Positions 31,296 to 41,120 of a DNA stretch of 64,000 nucleotides are shown piece after piece. The stretch is from Ignavibacteriota bacterium (GTDB lineage: Bacteria; Bacteroidota; Ignavibacteria; UBA10030): the NCBI GenBank assembly GCA_963727825.1, contig CAVSHO010000010.1, positions 32,001 through 96,000 on the forward strand, in the 5' to 3' direction. A program made the position numbers and the translations under genes. How positions within the stretch are numbered: the stretch's first letter is position 1; each line of letters opens with the position of its first letter. The notes below the pieces were generated by a model. It saw only the letters and a list, made by a program, of their open reading frames with translations, made no database searches and was not told the DNA's origin.

Positions 31296-32573
31296 ATGAC
31301 AGTTCTTGAAGTTGATCTTAGTTTTCTTTTTGTTATTGCGGTTATTCTAATCTGGTTCACAATCGCTTACCAGTTCATACTGACAGTGTTTGGTTATATT
31401 AATTGCGTTCATTCACTGCGCGAGAAACGCGATGCGGATAAACGTTCGTTTGACTATCCCTCTTGTTCGATTTTGATTCCGGCGCATAACGAAGAAAAGG
31501 TGATCGGCGCTACCATTGAATCAATGCTTCGACTTGAATATCCAAAAGACAAGCTTCAGATCATCGTTATTAATGATGGATCAGAGGATAATACGAAAAA
31601 TATTATAACTCATTATGCATCATTAGATTCACGCGTACAATTATTTGATATACCAAAAGGCGAAGGCGGCAAAGGGAAATCCCGAACGCTTAACCTTGGT
31701 ATTAAACAAGCCAAGGGCGATGTAATCGCTATCTTCGATGCTGACAACACACCGGATAAAGATTCACTTCGGTATCTTGTTGCACAATTGTTAGACAACA
31801 AAGAGTTAGGAGCTGTAATTGGGAAGTTCCGCACGGTAAACAAGAAAGCCACGCTTCTTACGCGCTTCATCAACATCGAGACACTCAGCTTCCAATTGAT
31901 GCTGCAAGCGGGCAGGTGGCAGATGCATGGCATTTCAACTTTACCGGGAACAAACTATGTAATGTGGAGCCATCTGATACAAAAATTAGGCGGCTGGGAT
32001 GAGGAAGCTTTAACAGAAGATTCAGAGCTTAGCATCCGAATTTACGAAGCGGGTTACAAAATTAAATTTATTCCCTATGCAATAACATACGAACAAGAAC
32101 CGCAAAAGTGGGGTGTCTGGATTCGACAGCGCATGCGATGGGTACGGGGTAACAATTATGTCGCAAAAAAATTCTGGAAAGAAATTCCACATTTCAAGAG
32201 CAAAAGATTGGCGTTTGATTTGCTGTACACACTCTCACTCTACTATATTTTCTTTTTCGCTGTCGTTTTCTCGGACATACTATTCATTGTAAGTTTATTT
32301 CAATTGGTGACAATTTCTTTACCTGGCCCTTATACTTTTGTGTGGGTAACGTCTTTAATTTTGTTCATCTTTGAAATATTTCTCGCGATTTCATACGACG
32401 ATGAAGATAACCTTAAAAATCTTGCCATTGTTGTTCTCATGTACTTTTCCTACTGCCAATTGTGGATTTACGTGGTTATCAAAGCAGCATATCAGGATTA
32501 CATTAAAAAGGAAAAACACATCTGGGATAAAACAATACGGTTTGATCCACTTGCAGCGCCACCAAAGAAATAA
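31296..32573 (+). CDS. Processive GT2 glycosyltransferase (YdaM/cellulose-synthase-like)
   Basis: PAHNEE, NDGSED, FDAD, LTEDSE, QRMRW. Confidence 0.9.
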   Translation: MTVLEVDLSFLFVIAVILIWFTIAYQFILTVFGYINCVHSLREKRDADKRSFDYPSCSILIPAHNEEKVIGATIESMLRLEYPKDKLQIIVINDGSEDNTKNIITHYASLDSRVQLFDIPKGEGGKGKSRTLNLGIKQAKGDVIAIFDADNTPDKDSLRYLVAQLLDNKELGAVIGKFRTVNKKATLLTRFINIETLSFQLMLQAGRWQMHGISTLPGTNYVMWSHLIQKLGGWDEEALTEDSELSIRIYEAGYKIKFIPYAITYEQEPQKWGVWIRQRMRWVRGNNYVAKKFWKEIPHFKSKRLAFDLLYTLSLYYIFFFAVVFSDILFIVSLFQLVTISLPGPYTFVWVTSLILFIFEIFLAISYDDEDNLKNLAIVVLMYFSYCQLWIYVVIKAAYQDYIKKEKHIWDKTIRFDPLAAPPKK

Positions 32574-32589
32574 TAAACCGCGGAATACG

Positions 32590-32765
32590 CATCAAAATAC
32601 TTCATCTAAAGAAATTCATCTTTTGTTTCAGCTCATTGATGAAGCATATGAGAAGCACGCATGGCAAGGAACAAACCTGCGCGGTTCTATTCGCGGGTTG
32701 ACTGCGAAAGAAGCTGCGTGGCTCCGGCACCAAATCGGCACAATATCTTGGAGATTGTAATTAAA
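32590..32765 (+). pseudogene. DinB-family N-terminal remnant, frameshifted and truncated
   Basis: LLFQLIDEAYEKHAWQGTNLRGSIRGLTAKEAAW, then after a shift near 32721 PAPNRHNILEIVI; no start codon seen. Confidence 0.55.
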
Positions 32766-32787
32766 ATGCCCAAACAAGGAGAGAAGA

Positions 32788-34179
32788 ATGACACTTTTTA
32801 AGTGGAAATTCATAGGTGTAATTGCCTTGTTTTTATATATACCGATAAAATTGTTACTATCTACAAATATTGTGCAGTTCACTCCCGATGATGGCTTTTA
32901 TTATCTCACATTGGCGAGACATTTTGCAAATTCTGGAAAATGGACATTCGATGGAATACATGCAACAAGCGGATTCCATTTGTTATGGGCTTATTTATTA
33001 GCTGTAATCAGTTTTATAATTCGACCATCGGTAGATACCTTTCCAATTCTTGGATTGGCAATGAGTTTTTTAATAATAGTAGGAATGATAATCTATGCTG
33101 ATAGGACACAGAGTGCAATTACGATGTTGTGGCTATTGTTTCTCATCACAACGCCAATATTTATTTATAATTCGATCTCACTTACAGAATTTTGCTTAGT
33201 AGTATTGTGTTCCTATTGTGTTATCAACGACAAGCATCCATTGATATTTTCAATGCTTGGTGGACTTGCGCGAACGGAGTTTATTGTAATTCCACTGACA
33301 GTATTCACGATACAGCTTATTTTATCGAAGAAATACAATTATAAAATATTACTCATCGGTATAATTGGAATAGGAATAGTTGTTCTGCACACTTTTATTA
33401 TAACCGGAGAATTTATTCAGTCGAGTGCCTTAATAAAACATGAATGGGTACAGTATTATTCATCTAATGTATTGCTTAATAATTCTCTATACCTGAGTAC
33501 AAATTTCTTTTATGCTTATTCATTTCAAGCGAAAAAAATTGTTTTTGTAATTATAATTATCCTTGCGTTTATTTTGATAATCCGCAACAGGTACAATAAT
33601 AAAGCATTTCAAGAATTAAATATTTCTTTGTCTCTTATTCTTGTATTCACTGGATTATATTGGAACAGCGCTGATGTACAGGGGTGGTATGTTGGAGTTT
33701 TCTTTGTGCCAGTATTTATTATAGGCAAATATACGGTGCAAGAAGTGAATATTGTTCCGGCTTATTTGATTCTTGTTTGTGCGATATTGTATAATCTTTC
33801 TTTTAAATATCAACCGTACTATCCACATCAGGAGTATACGTCGAGAGCGGCCAGGTATTTATCAGAGAACAAATTAGATGGTAAGGTTGCCTCTTGGAAC
33901 GCAGGGATTATCGGATATTATGAGGGTGGTAACGTGATAAATCTTGATGGATTGGTGAACAATAGTATTTATCCATACATAAAGTCCAACAATGTTCCAG
34001 AGTATTTGAAGAAAGAGAACATTCGATATATCGTAGATTTCTCTAATATGTATCGTGACCCGTATCCGCGACGCGGCGGTTATAATAACAATGATTTTTT
34101 ACATACCCTAAAACCAATATATACCTTTGATTCAGGTCAATACTATTGGAATTATTTGTGTATTGCGAAAATAAACTAA
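32788..34179 (+). CDS. Polytopic membrane protein, GT-C-like (ArnT/PMT-like) glycosyltransferase candidate
   Basis: PDDGFYYL acidic loop after TM1, TSGFHLLW, LARTE, NAGIIGY, INLDGLVN; very AT-rich. Confidence 0.6.
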   Translation: MTLFKWKFIGVIALFLYIPIKLLLSTNIVQFTPDDGFYYLTLARHFANSGKWTFDGIHATSGFHLLWAYLLAVISFIIRPSVDTFPILGLAMSFLIIVGMIIYADRTQSAITMLWLLFLITTPIFIYNSISLTEFCLVVLCSYCVINDKHPLIFSMLGGLARTEFIVIPLTVFTIQLILSKKYNYKILLIGIIGIGIVVLHTFIITGEFIQSSALIKHEWVQYYSSNVLLNNSLYLSTNFFYAYSFQAKKIVFVIIIILAFILIIRNRYNNKAFQELNISLSLILVFTGLYWNSADVQGWYVGVFFVPVFIIGKYTVQEVNIVPAYLILVCAILYNLSFKYQPYYPHQEYTSRAARYLSENKLDGKVASWNAGIIGYYEGGNVINLDGLVNNSIYPYIKSNNVPEYLKKENIRYIVDFSNMYRDPYPRRGGYNNNDFLHTLKPIYTFDSGQYYWNYLCIAKIN

Positions 34180-34274
34180 ATGTGAATCATCGCAAGGACT
34201 AACCATTTGTTATTTTTATATGCCAATACTGTTCCAATGATCAAGCGTAAAAATATTAAGATGACGCTTCTCAA

Positions 34275-34303
34275 TTGATAAAAAGAGAATAGTTTTGTAT
34301 AAT
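34275..34303 (+). promoter_or_regulatory. sigma70 promoter of the tRNA-Gln/tRNA-Glu operon
   Basis: TTGATA-17 nt-TATAAT. Confidence 0.7.
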
Positions 34304-34361
34304 ATTATTGCAAGGTAATACAATCGAAATTTCCAGTAAAAAGAATTTTGACATATCTTAT

Positions 34362-34434
34362 TGCCCCGTAGTGTAATTGGCAACACGCCTGACTCTGGAT
34401 CAGGAAAGTCTAGGTTCGACCCCTAGCGGGGCAG
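34362..34434 (+). tRNA. tRNA-Gln(CTG)
   Basis: Acceptor TGCCCCG/CGGGGCA, anticodon arm CCTGA-CTCTGGA-TCAGG, T arm CTAGG-TTCGACC-CCTAG; CCA not encoded. Confidence 0.95.
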
Positions 34435-34441
34435 CACACAT

Positions 34442-34491
34442 TTGCGAATTGCGGATTTTTAATTTCGAAATTGAAAATTTGAAATTCGCAA
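34442..34491. repeat. Heptamer array forming an inverted repeat in the tRNA spacer
   Basis: tgcgaat-tgcggat-ttttaat-ttcgaaa-ttgaaaa-tttgaaa-ttcgcaa; ends ttgcgaatt/aattcgcaa pair. Confidence 0.65.
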
Positions 34492-34497
34492 TTTAAT

Positions 34498-34570
34498 GGC
34501 CTTATCGTCTAACGGTTTAGGACGTGACCCTCTCAAGGTCGAAATACGGGTTCGATTCCCGTTAAGGCTA
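34498..34570 (+). tRNA. tRNA-Glu(CTC)
   Basis: Acceptor GGCCTTA/TAAGGCT, anticodon arm TGACC-CTCTCAA-GGTCG, T arm ACGGG-TTCGATT-CCCGT. Confidence 0.95.
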
Positions 34571-34912
34571 CTTCATCAAATTGCACTCTTCACTTCAACC
34601 TAAACAGTTTTAAACGTGTTGCATTCAAAAAATTTCTTTAAGAAAACCTTCGGTGTTCCAATTGCATTGAGACTTTCCCAGGGTTAAACGCAAAGATCTA
34701 CCAATATTAACTATTTCTGCGTTTTTATTGAATATTCGGCATTTCTCACGATTCTGTGCTCTCAACAGATCAAATTCAACAGCTACTTTTTAGTATCAGG
34801 CTTTTCCATTAAAATATATTTTTTTATTATTTCTTAAATTTTATTTGCTCATTTCATCAAGAATCTATATTTTCCACCACGTTTTCTTAACATTATCTAA
34901 AAGTGACAAATT

Positions 34913-37900
34913 ATGGCAATTGATCTGCTCGAGCAGATACATCCTCATATAAAGGATTCAATCTATCCATTGCGAACTCCTCTTCCGGATTGGAGGATGA
35001 AAGAGGGCGACATTCCCGATGGTGGGTCAGCGTCATTGCATGATAAATCGTGGACGTCAATTCGAATTCCTTTCCAATGGGGGAAGTACGATAAAACGTA
35101 CTGGTTTCGACAAACGATTACGATAACACAGGATTTTTCTGGAAAACCGTTAGTCTTACTTCTTGATTTTCCCGATGCACTTCTTTACCTCAATGGAAAA
35201 CCATTTCATGGTATAGACCATAATCACAAAGAGATTTTAATTTGTGAAAAATCAAAACTCAACGAGCAATTTGTTATTGCCATTCAGGCATATAGCGGAC
35301 GAAAACATGAACACAACACTTTCTCTATAGCGGAACTCGCGGTATTGGACACAACTGCACGCCGCCTTGATAGTGCTTTGACTGTTCTCCAGGAACTCGA
35401 TAAACTGATAGATCACGGATCGTACGAATCGAAAAAAATTCGCGAGCTGATTCACCGAACGCTCATCTTCTTAAAGTACTTTAAACCCGGCAGTGAAGAA
35501 TATCCTAACGCAATCCGCCGGGCATATAATTTTCTTCTCAACACGCTTGACACAGATATTAAGACGACAATTCCTGGACTTGTCTATCTCATCGGACATT
35601 CGCACATCGACACTGCATGGTTGTGGACACTTCATGAAACGTCAAGGAAGTGCGGCCGCACATTTTCGTCAGTATTGAGATTGATGGAAGAGTTTCCAGA
35701 ATTTAAGTTCTCCCAGGGTCAGCCAATTTTATACGAATTCACAAAACGGCATTATCCTGATTTATATAGGCAAATTAATCAACGTATTACGGAAGGAAAA
35801 TGGGAACCGCTTGGTTCGATGTGGACTGAAGCCGACTGCAATATACCGAATGGCGAATCGCTTATTCGTCAGATCATATTTGGAAAAAGGTTCTTCAAGC
35901 AAGAATTTGGAATTGATTCAAATATACTCTGGCTTCCTGATTCGTTCGGCTTTAATTGGTCGCTGCCTCAAATACTTAAGAAATCCGGAATAACAAATTT
36001 TTATTCTTCCAAACTTTTATGGAACGACAAAACAATATTTCCGCACACGTCGTTTTGGTGGCAAGGAATTGATAAGACAAAAATTCTTTCACACATCTCG
36101 CCAGTTGGGCTTGAAGGTCATATTACGCCGAAGTCTATCCTGAAGAATGTAAATCAAACACAGCTGGATCAAACAATACCACCAGTCCTCCAAACCTATG
36201 GATTCGGTGATGGCGGCGGCGGACCGGTAAAAGAAAACCTTGAATTTGCCGTTATACTCAAAACAATCTTAGGATTGCCGTCTTCTCAGCTTTCGTTTGC
36301 TCGAGATTTTTTCAAACAATTAGAAGAACAATCGGCAGACCTTCCAACGTGGAACGACGAGCTTTATCTTGAAACGCATCGTGGTACATATACGACCCAA
36401 GCTAAACTTAAAAAAGAGAACCGTGAAAGTGAAACTCTTATCTATTCTTCCGAGCTTCTCTCTACTCTCGCTATGTTATTTGGAAAAAATACAACTGCAC
36501 GACGTTATCCAAAACAGAAACTTGAAGAAGCATGGAAGAAACTGCTTCTCAATCAATCCCATGATATAATTACTGGCACGTCAATTGCCGATGTTTACGA
36601 AGATGCCAAGCGGGATTATAAAGACATCAAGATGATTTGCACGGATGTAATTAGTAATTGTATTCAAGGATTATCCCTGCCTGCTAAGAAAAGCAAATCA
36701 GAGTTTCATTTTACGCTTTTTAACTCACTCGGCTGGCAGCGAAATGAATATGTAGAAGTATTTGTAAAATCGGATGAAAAGAATCTTTCTGTTGAAAACT
36801 CGGATGGGAATCCCATCGTTTATCAGACTGTAAAGCGAACAAAGACAGGGCAAACAATTCTTTGTTTTATAGAGAACATCCCCGCTTTTGGATTCAAGCA
36901 TATTATTGTCCGCACACATGGAAACAAAACAGAGTCGTTAGAACTTTGGCCGACATCATTAAATAAGTTAGAAACACCTTTTTATAGAATTCGCTTAGGT
37001 GGCAAGGGCATTTTCAAATCACTTTATGCAAAGCAATTACGGCGTGAATTATTTCAAAAAGGCAAGATCGGAAATTCCTTTGCAACATTCCGTGATGTGC
37101 CCAAGCAATGGGAGGCATGGAACATTGATGCCGAATATGAAAAACACCGGATCGATTTGTGGAAATTCAAGCAATGTAAAATAATTGAGCAGGGTCCTTT
37201 ACGCGCAACAATTCGGTTTGAGCTCAAAACGGAAAACGGATCCATTCTCTCCCAGAATATTCATTTCTACCATCATTCGCCGCGGATTGATTTCCAAACA
37301 TACATACGTTGGGAGGAAAAGCAAGTGCTGCTGAAGGTTGCTTTCCCGTTCAATATGAAAATATCGGACTCGACATATGAGATCCAATTTGGTGCAATAA
37401 ATCGATCATCGAAACCACGTACAGATGAGGATATCGCGAAATTTGAGGTGCCTGCACAACAATGGGCAGACATGTCTGATACAAAATATGGCGTCAGCCT
37501 ACTAAATGACTGCAAATATGGGTACAATGCAAAAGAAAATACACTCCAGTTGACTCTTTTAAGATCGCCCCGTTATCCAAATCCTATCGAACCCTGGCAT
37601 TGTGATGAAAGTGTAATCGATCAAGGTGAACATACATTTAGTTATTCTCTATTTCCCCATAGCGGTGACTGGGCAAAAGGCGGAACAGTTCATAAGGCAC
37701 GGGAATTTAATAATTCAATTTTAATATTTCAGAATCTTCAAGTAGATAGTATTCCATCACTCTTTGAATCTTCAAAGGCTAACATTATTGTCGATGCGGT
37801 CAAGAAGGCCGAAGATAGCGATGCTGTCATTATAAGAATGCATGAAGCGCATGGTGTTCCGACAGATACGTCGCTCCGTTTTGGAATTGATGCATCGAGT

Positions 37901-38035
37901 GCAACGGAATGCAATTTACTAGAAAATGACGAAAAGTTGCACAAAATTACTAGATCAAAATTGGCTATCAAATTTAAACCTTTTGAAATTAAAACACTCA
38001 AATTGGCAACGAAGCCGTCAAAAAAGAATCGTTGA
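34913..38035 (+). CDS. Alpha-mannosidase, GH38
   Basis: GHSHIDTAWLW, GESLIRQ, WLPDSFG nucleophile motif, ELYLETHRGTYT, QSHDIITGTSI, NDCKYG. Confidence 0.93.
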   Translation: MAIDLLEQIHPHIKDSIYPLRTPLPDWRMKEGDIPDGGSASLHDKSWTSIRIPFQWGKYDKTYWFRQTITITQDFSGKPLVLLLDFPDALLYLNGKPFHGIDHNHKEILICEKSKLNEQFVIAIQAYSGRKHEHNTFSIAELAVLDTTARRLDSALTVLQELDKLIDHGSYESKKIRELIHRTLIFLKYFKPGSEEYPNAIRRAYNFLLNTLDTDIKTTIPGLVYLIGHSHIDTAWLWTLHETSRKCGRTFSSVLRLMEEFPEFKFSQGQPILYEFTKRHYPDLYRQINQRITEGKWEPLGSMWTEADCNIPNGESLIRQIIFGKRFFKQEFGIDSNILWLPDSFGFNWSLPQILKKSGITNFYSSKLLWNDKTIFPHTSFWWQGIDKTKILSHISPVGLEGHITPKSILKNVNQTQLDQTIPPVLQTYGFGDGGGGPVKENLEFAVILKTILGLPSSQLSFARDFFKQLEEQSADLPTWNDELYLETHRGTYTTQAKLKKENRESETLIYSSELLSTLAMLFGKNTTARRYPKQKLEEAWKKLLLNQSHDIITGTSIADVYEDAKRDYKDIKMICTDVISNCIQGLSLPAKKSKSEFHFTLFNSLGWQRNEYVEVFVKSDEKNLSVENSDGNPIVYQTVKRTKTGQTILCFIENIPAFGFKHIIVRTHGNKTESLELWPTSLNKLETPFYRIRLGGKGIFKSLYAKQLRRELFQKGKIGNSFATFRDVPKQWEAWNIDAEYEKHRIDLWKFKQCKIIEQGPLRATIRFELKTENGSILSQNIHFYHHSPRIDFQTYIRWEEKQVLLKVAFPFNMKISDSTYEIQFGAINRSSKPRTDEDIAKFEVPAQQWADMSDTKYGVSLLNDCKYGYNAKENTLQLTLLRSPRYPNPIEPWHCDESVIDQGEHTFSYSLFPHSGDWAKGGTVHKAREFNNSILIFQNLQVDSIPSLFESSKANIIVDAVKKAEDSDAVIIRMHEAHGVPTDTSLRFGIDASSATECNLLENDEKLHKITRSKLAIKFKPFEIKTLKLATKPSKKNR

Positions 38036-38078
38036 TGAGTTTTCAAAATGTTCGTAAACAATAAAACAGAATACAACG

Positions 38079-38951
38079 ATGAAACTTACAGAACTTCTCA
38101 CCCGCTTCAAAAAGGGAATCACTGTTGCTATAAGTCTTGTCATCGTCGAGCATGTTGCATGGATTGTTGAACCAGCTGTATTCGGAAAAGTTATTGATGC
38201 TTTAATTGAACGTGCTTCTGGCCAGGCTGGCAGTATTAATGCCTCACTGTTTCCTCTGTTCTTATGGATTGGAGTCTTCGCAATTAATTCCGGCACCGGA
38301 GTCATCCGGCGAATCGTCGATCAAAAAATCTATCTCGCGATGTTCACTCAATTGGCAACAGACATTTCTACTGTTGCGCAAGAAAAAAAGTTCCGTGCTT
38401 CAAAGACTGCAGCGCTTGCACAGTTGTCAGAGCAATATATTACATTTTTTCAATATCGTATTCCGGAGATCATTGAACAAGTTGTCCAGATTGGCGGGGC
38501 TGTCATTGCGCTTGCGATATTCGATTGGCGAATCTCCATTACTTGTTTAACTATTATCTTACCGCTTCTTTTAATAAATGGAATTTACACGCGAAAAGTC
38601 AGCGGACTACAGAAAGATTCACATGATATTTTTGAGAATGCGTACGATGTGTTTTCTACGCAGAAACCGGAAGAAATCCATGGTTACTATGCAAAATCAG
38701 CAAGCATTAAACAGAAGATTGCAAACTGGGGTGCGCTTAATTTTGGAGTGATGCGATTCATTTTACTTTTTATCTTTCTCGCTGTTCTCTACATATCCAT
38801 CGATCTAGACGATTTTACTACCGGCAGTATTTATTCTATCGTGGCGTATATTTGGACATTTATAACATCTTCCGAATATATTCCGGAATTGATGGAGAGT
38901 TGGACTTCCCTCAAAGATATTTCTAACCGCTTAAATCAAGCGTCGCTTTAA
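38079..38951 (+). CDS. ABC exporter six-TM domain-only protein
   Basis: ABC_membrane-like helices (PAVFGKVIDAL, FDWRIS, TTGSIYSIVAY); no Walker motifs. Confidence 0.7.
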   Translation: MKLTELLTRFKKGITVAISLVIVEHVAWIVEPAVFGKVIDALIERASGQAGSINASLFPLFLWIGVFAINSGTGVIRRIVDQKIYLAMFTQLATDISTVAQEKKFRASKTAALAQLSEQYITFFQYRIPEIIEQVVQIGGAVIALAIFDWRISITCLTIILPLLLINGIYTRKVSGLQKDSHDIFENAYDVFSTQKPEEIHGYYAKSASIKQKIANWGALNFGVMRFILLFIFLAVLYISIDLDDFTTGSIYSIVAYIWTFITSSEYIPELMESWTSLKDISNRLNQASL

Positions 38952-38959
38952 TACCTATT

Positions 38960-39340
38960 CTATATTGTCTCGTTAAGCAAATTGCGAATCATCTCAATAA
39001 TTTGAGCTGCATTGTACGGCTTTTGGATAAAATCTCTTGCCCCTGATTTGATGATCTCAATTCTCACATCCGGGTTGAAAAATCCACTCGCAAGAATTCC
39101 TTTCAACTCTGGATTTACCTCCCTCATTTTTAGGAATGCCTCCCAGCCGCCAAGGCGCGGCAAACCAAGATCACTTAATACGATTCCGATTTCATCCTTA
39201 TGTGCCGTAAATATTTCCAAAGCTTCCATGCCATCCACTGCCTCGAGAACCTTAATTCCGCTATCTTCCAACATCATTCTTAGAAGATCCCTTAGGTTTT
39301 CCTCATCTTCCACGATGAGAACTGTGTTGTGACTATTCAC
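38960..39340 (-). CDS. Single-domain response regulator (REC)
   Basis: VLIVEDE, SDLGLPRLGG, ASG, FIQKPY. Confidence 0.88.
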   Translation of the reverse strand: MNSHNTVLIVEDEENLRDLLRMMLEDSGIKVLEAVDGMEALEIFTAHKDEIGIVLSDLGLPRLGGWEAFLKMREVNPELKGILASGFFNPDVRIEIIKSGARDFIQKPYNAAQIIEMIRNLLNETI

Positions 39341-39554
39341 TAATTTGATTTCTATTAATATTCAGTAGAGTACATTGTTAAATTTGTATGAGTGTACTTT
39401 GAATATTATGAAAATGCAATATCAATCAACGACCAGCGACAAATAAATAATGAGTTATTAGTGTGGAACAATAAAGACGAGATTACATGAATTATGCAGG
39501 TTTAAATAATCAGATAGAACTGCGATTTCATAACATTAAAACATTACAGCGATT

Positions 39555-41114
39555 TCAGAAAGGAAATTCTTGCTTGCTATCAAACGATGATTTAATCTTT
39601 TCTATCGTCGGTTTCTTTGCTGTTAAATGTACAGGATTGCTATTTACGAAGATTGCCTTCCGCGGCTGGGCAGGGCAGGCATGCTCACAGGCACCGCAAC
39701 CGATACAGATTTCATCATCTACTTCCGGAACGACGAGCCATTCTTCGTACGGTACCATCTTCACTGCTTTTGTGGGACAATGCTCTGAACAAGCGCCGCA
39801 ATCTCTTTTCTTTGTAACGACTACGCAATCATCCTTGGCAAAGTGAGCTCGCCCTATTTGGACTTGTTTCTTAATATTTATATCAATCGGTAGAATAGCG
39901 CCTGTCGGACATACCTGGCTACAAATAACACAATCGAAATTGCAATAGCTTGCTGCATAATTCATTTTGGGCTGAAATATTCCGGCAATTCCATAATCAA
40001 GAAAAGAAGGAGATAATACTTGCGTTGGGCAAGAACTGACACATAAATGGCATGCCGTGCAAAGGCTTGAAAAATGTTCTATGCTTCTCGAGCCGGGAGG
40101 AGAAATGGGATGACGATGACTTTCATCGATCCTTATTTGATTCATTCCTGCACTGCTATTCTTATCTATCTCCGGTAATAGCAAGCCAAGTGCGGGTAAA
40201 ATAGATGTTTTTAGTATTTTTCGCCGCCCCTCATCTACAATCGGTAAAATATTTGAAGTTTTTTTCCATCTTCTTTCGTAACTCATTCCGACTGTCGGAC
40301 AAGCATCAATACAGTTAAAACATCCAACGCAAGCAGCAAAATCAACTTCCTTTGAATCACTATTGATGCAGTTTGCCTTGCACACTCTCTCGCATAGACC
40401 GCATTCTTTACAGTTATTTTCATCTATTACTATTTTAAATATTGAGAATCTTGAAATAATTCCAAGCAATGCTCCTACCGGACAGAGCAAATTGCAAAAC
40501 AATCTTCCATGATAATAAGAAAGATATAAAATCAAGCCAAGAAAAAATAAAGATGCAATAACCGATATAATATTAACATGAAGAAGTGGAATTTGAGAAA
40601 GAAAGAATAGGCCGAATAATTCAAAAATATTTCCGAGCACGTTATTTGCTAAAGCAATAGATGGACTTGCCAGATTAGAAAGAATTCGACCGTAATTACT
40701 GAAAGGTTCAAAAAGATTTAAAAGAATCATGCTTCCAATGAATGCCAATACCACTGCGAAAAGGAATAGAATATAATGAATTGTGTAGAATGGCTTTTTA
40801 AATTGGAACCGACGGCGCCGATTGATCCGTTTCGCAATGCGTATTGTAACATCCTGTAATATCCCAAGCGGACAGATTGTTGAACAATAAACTCTACCGA
40901 ATAGAAAAGTTAGAAGCAGAACAAAGAACAATCCGATGGATGCACTGCTGAAAAAAATCATTGTCCGTATCAAAGAGGGCGCAAGTTGCAATGAGGCAAG
41001 AAATGTATGCAATCCTGAAGAAGAGATATTGCCAAAATCAAGATAGAGGAAACTTATTGCGAAAAAGAACCCTGCAGCAATAATAACACGAATTTTTTTC
41101 AGCCACTGCAACAA
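39555..41114 (-). CDS. Membrane-bound polyferredoxin (NapH/NapG-like 4Fe-4S protein)
   Basis: GRVYCSTICPLG, GRLFCNLLCPVG and several CxxCxxCxxxCP motifs. Confidence 0.88.
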   Translation of the reverse strand: MLQWLKKIRVIIAAGFFFAISFLYLDFGNISSSGLHTFLASLQLAPSLIRTMIFFSSASIGLFFVLLLTFLFGRVYCSTICPLGILQDVTIRIAKRINRRRRFQFKKPFYTIHYILFLFAVVLAFIGSMILLNLFEPFSNYGRILSNLASPSIALANNVLGNIFELFGLFFLSQIPLLHVNIISVIASLFFLGLILYLSYYHGRLFCNLLCPVGALLGIISRFSIFKIVIDENNCKECGLCERVCKANCINSDSKEVDFAACVGCFNCIDACPTVGMSYERRWKKTSNILPIVDEGRRKILKTSILPALGLLLPEIDKNSSAGMNQIRIDESHRHPISPPGSRSIEHFSSLCTACHLCVSSCPTQVLSPSFLDYGIAGIFQPKMNYAASYCNFDCVICSQVCPTGAILPIDINIKKQVQIGRAHFAKDDCVVVTKKRDCGACSEHCPTKAVKMVPYEEWLVVPEVDDEICIGCGACEHACPAQPRKAIFVNSNPVHLTAKKPTIEKIKSSFDSKQEFPF

Positions 41115-41120
41115 ATCACC

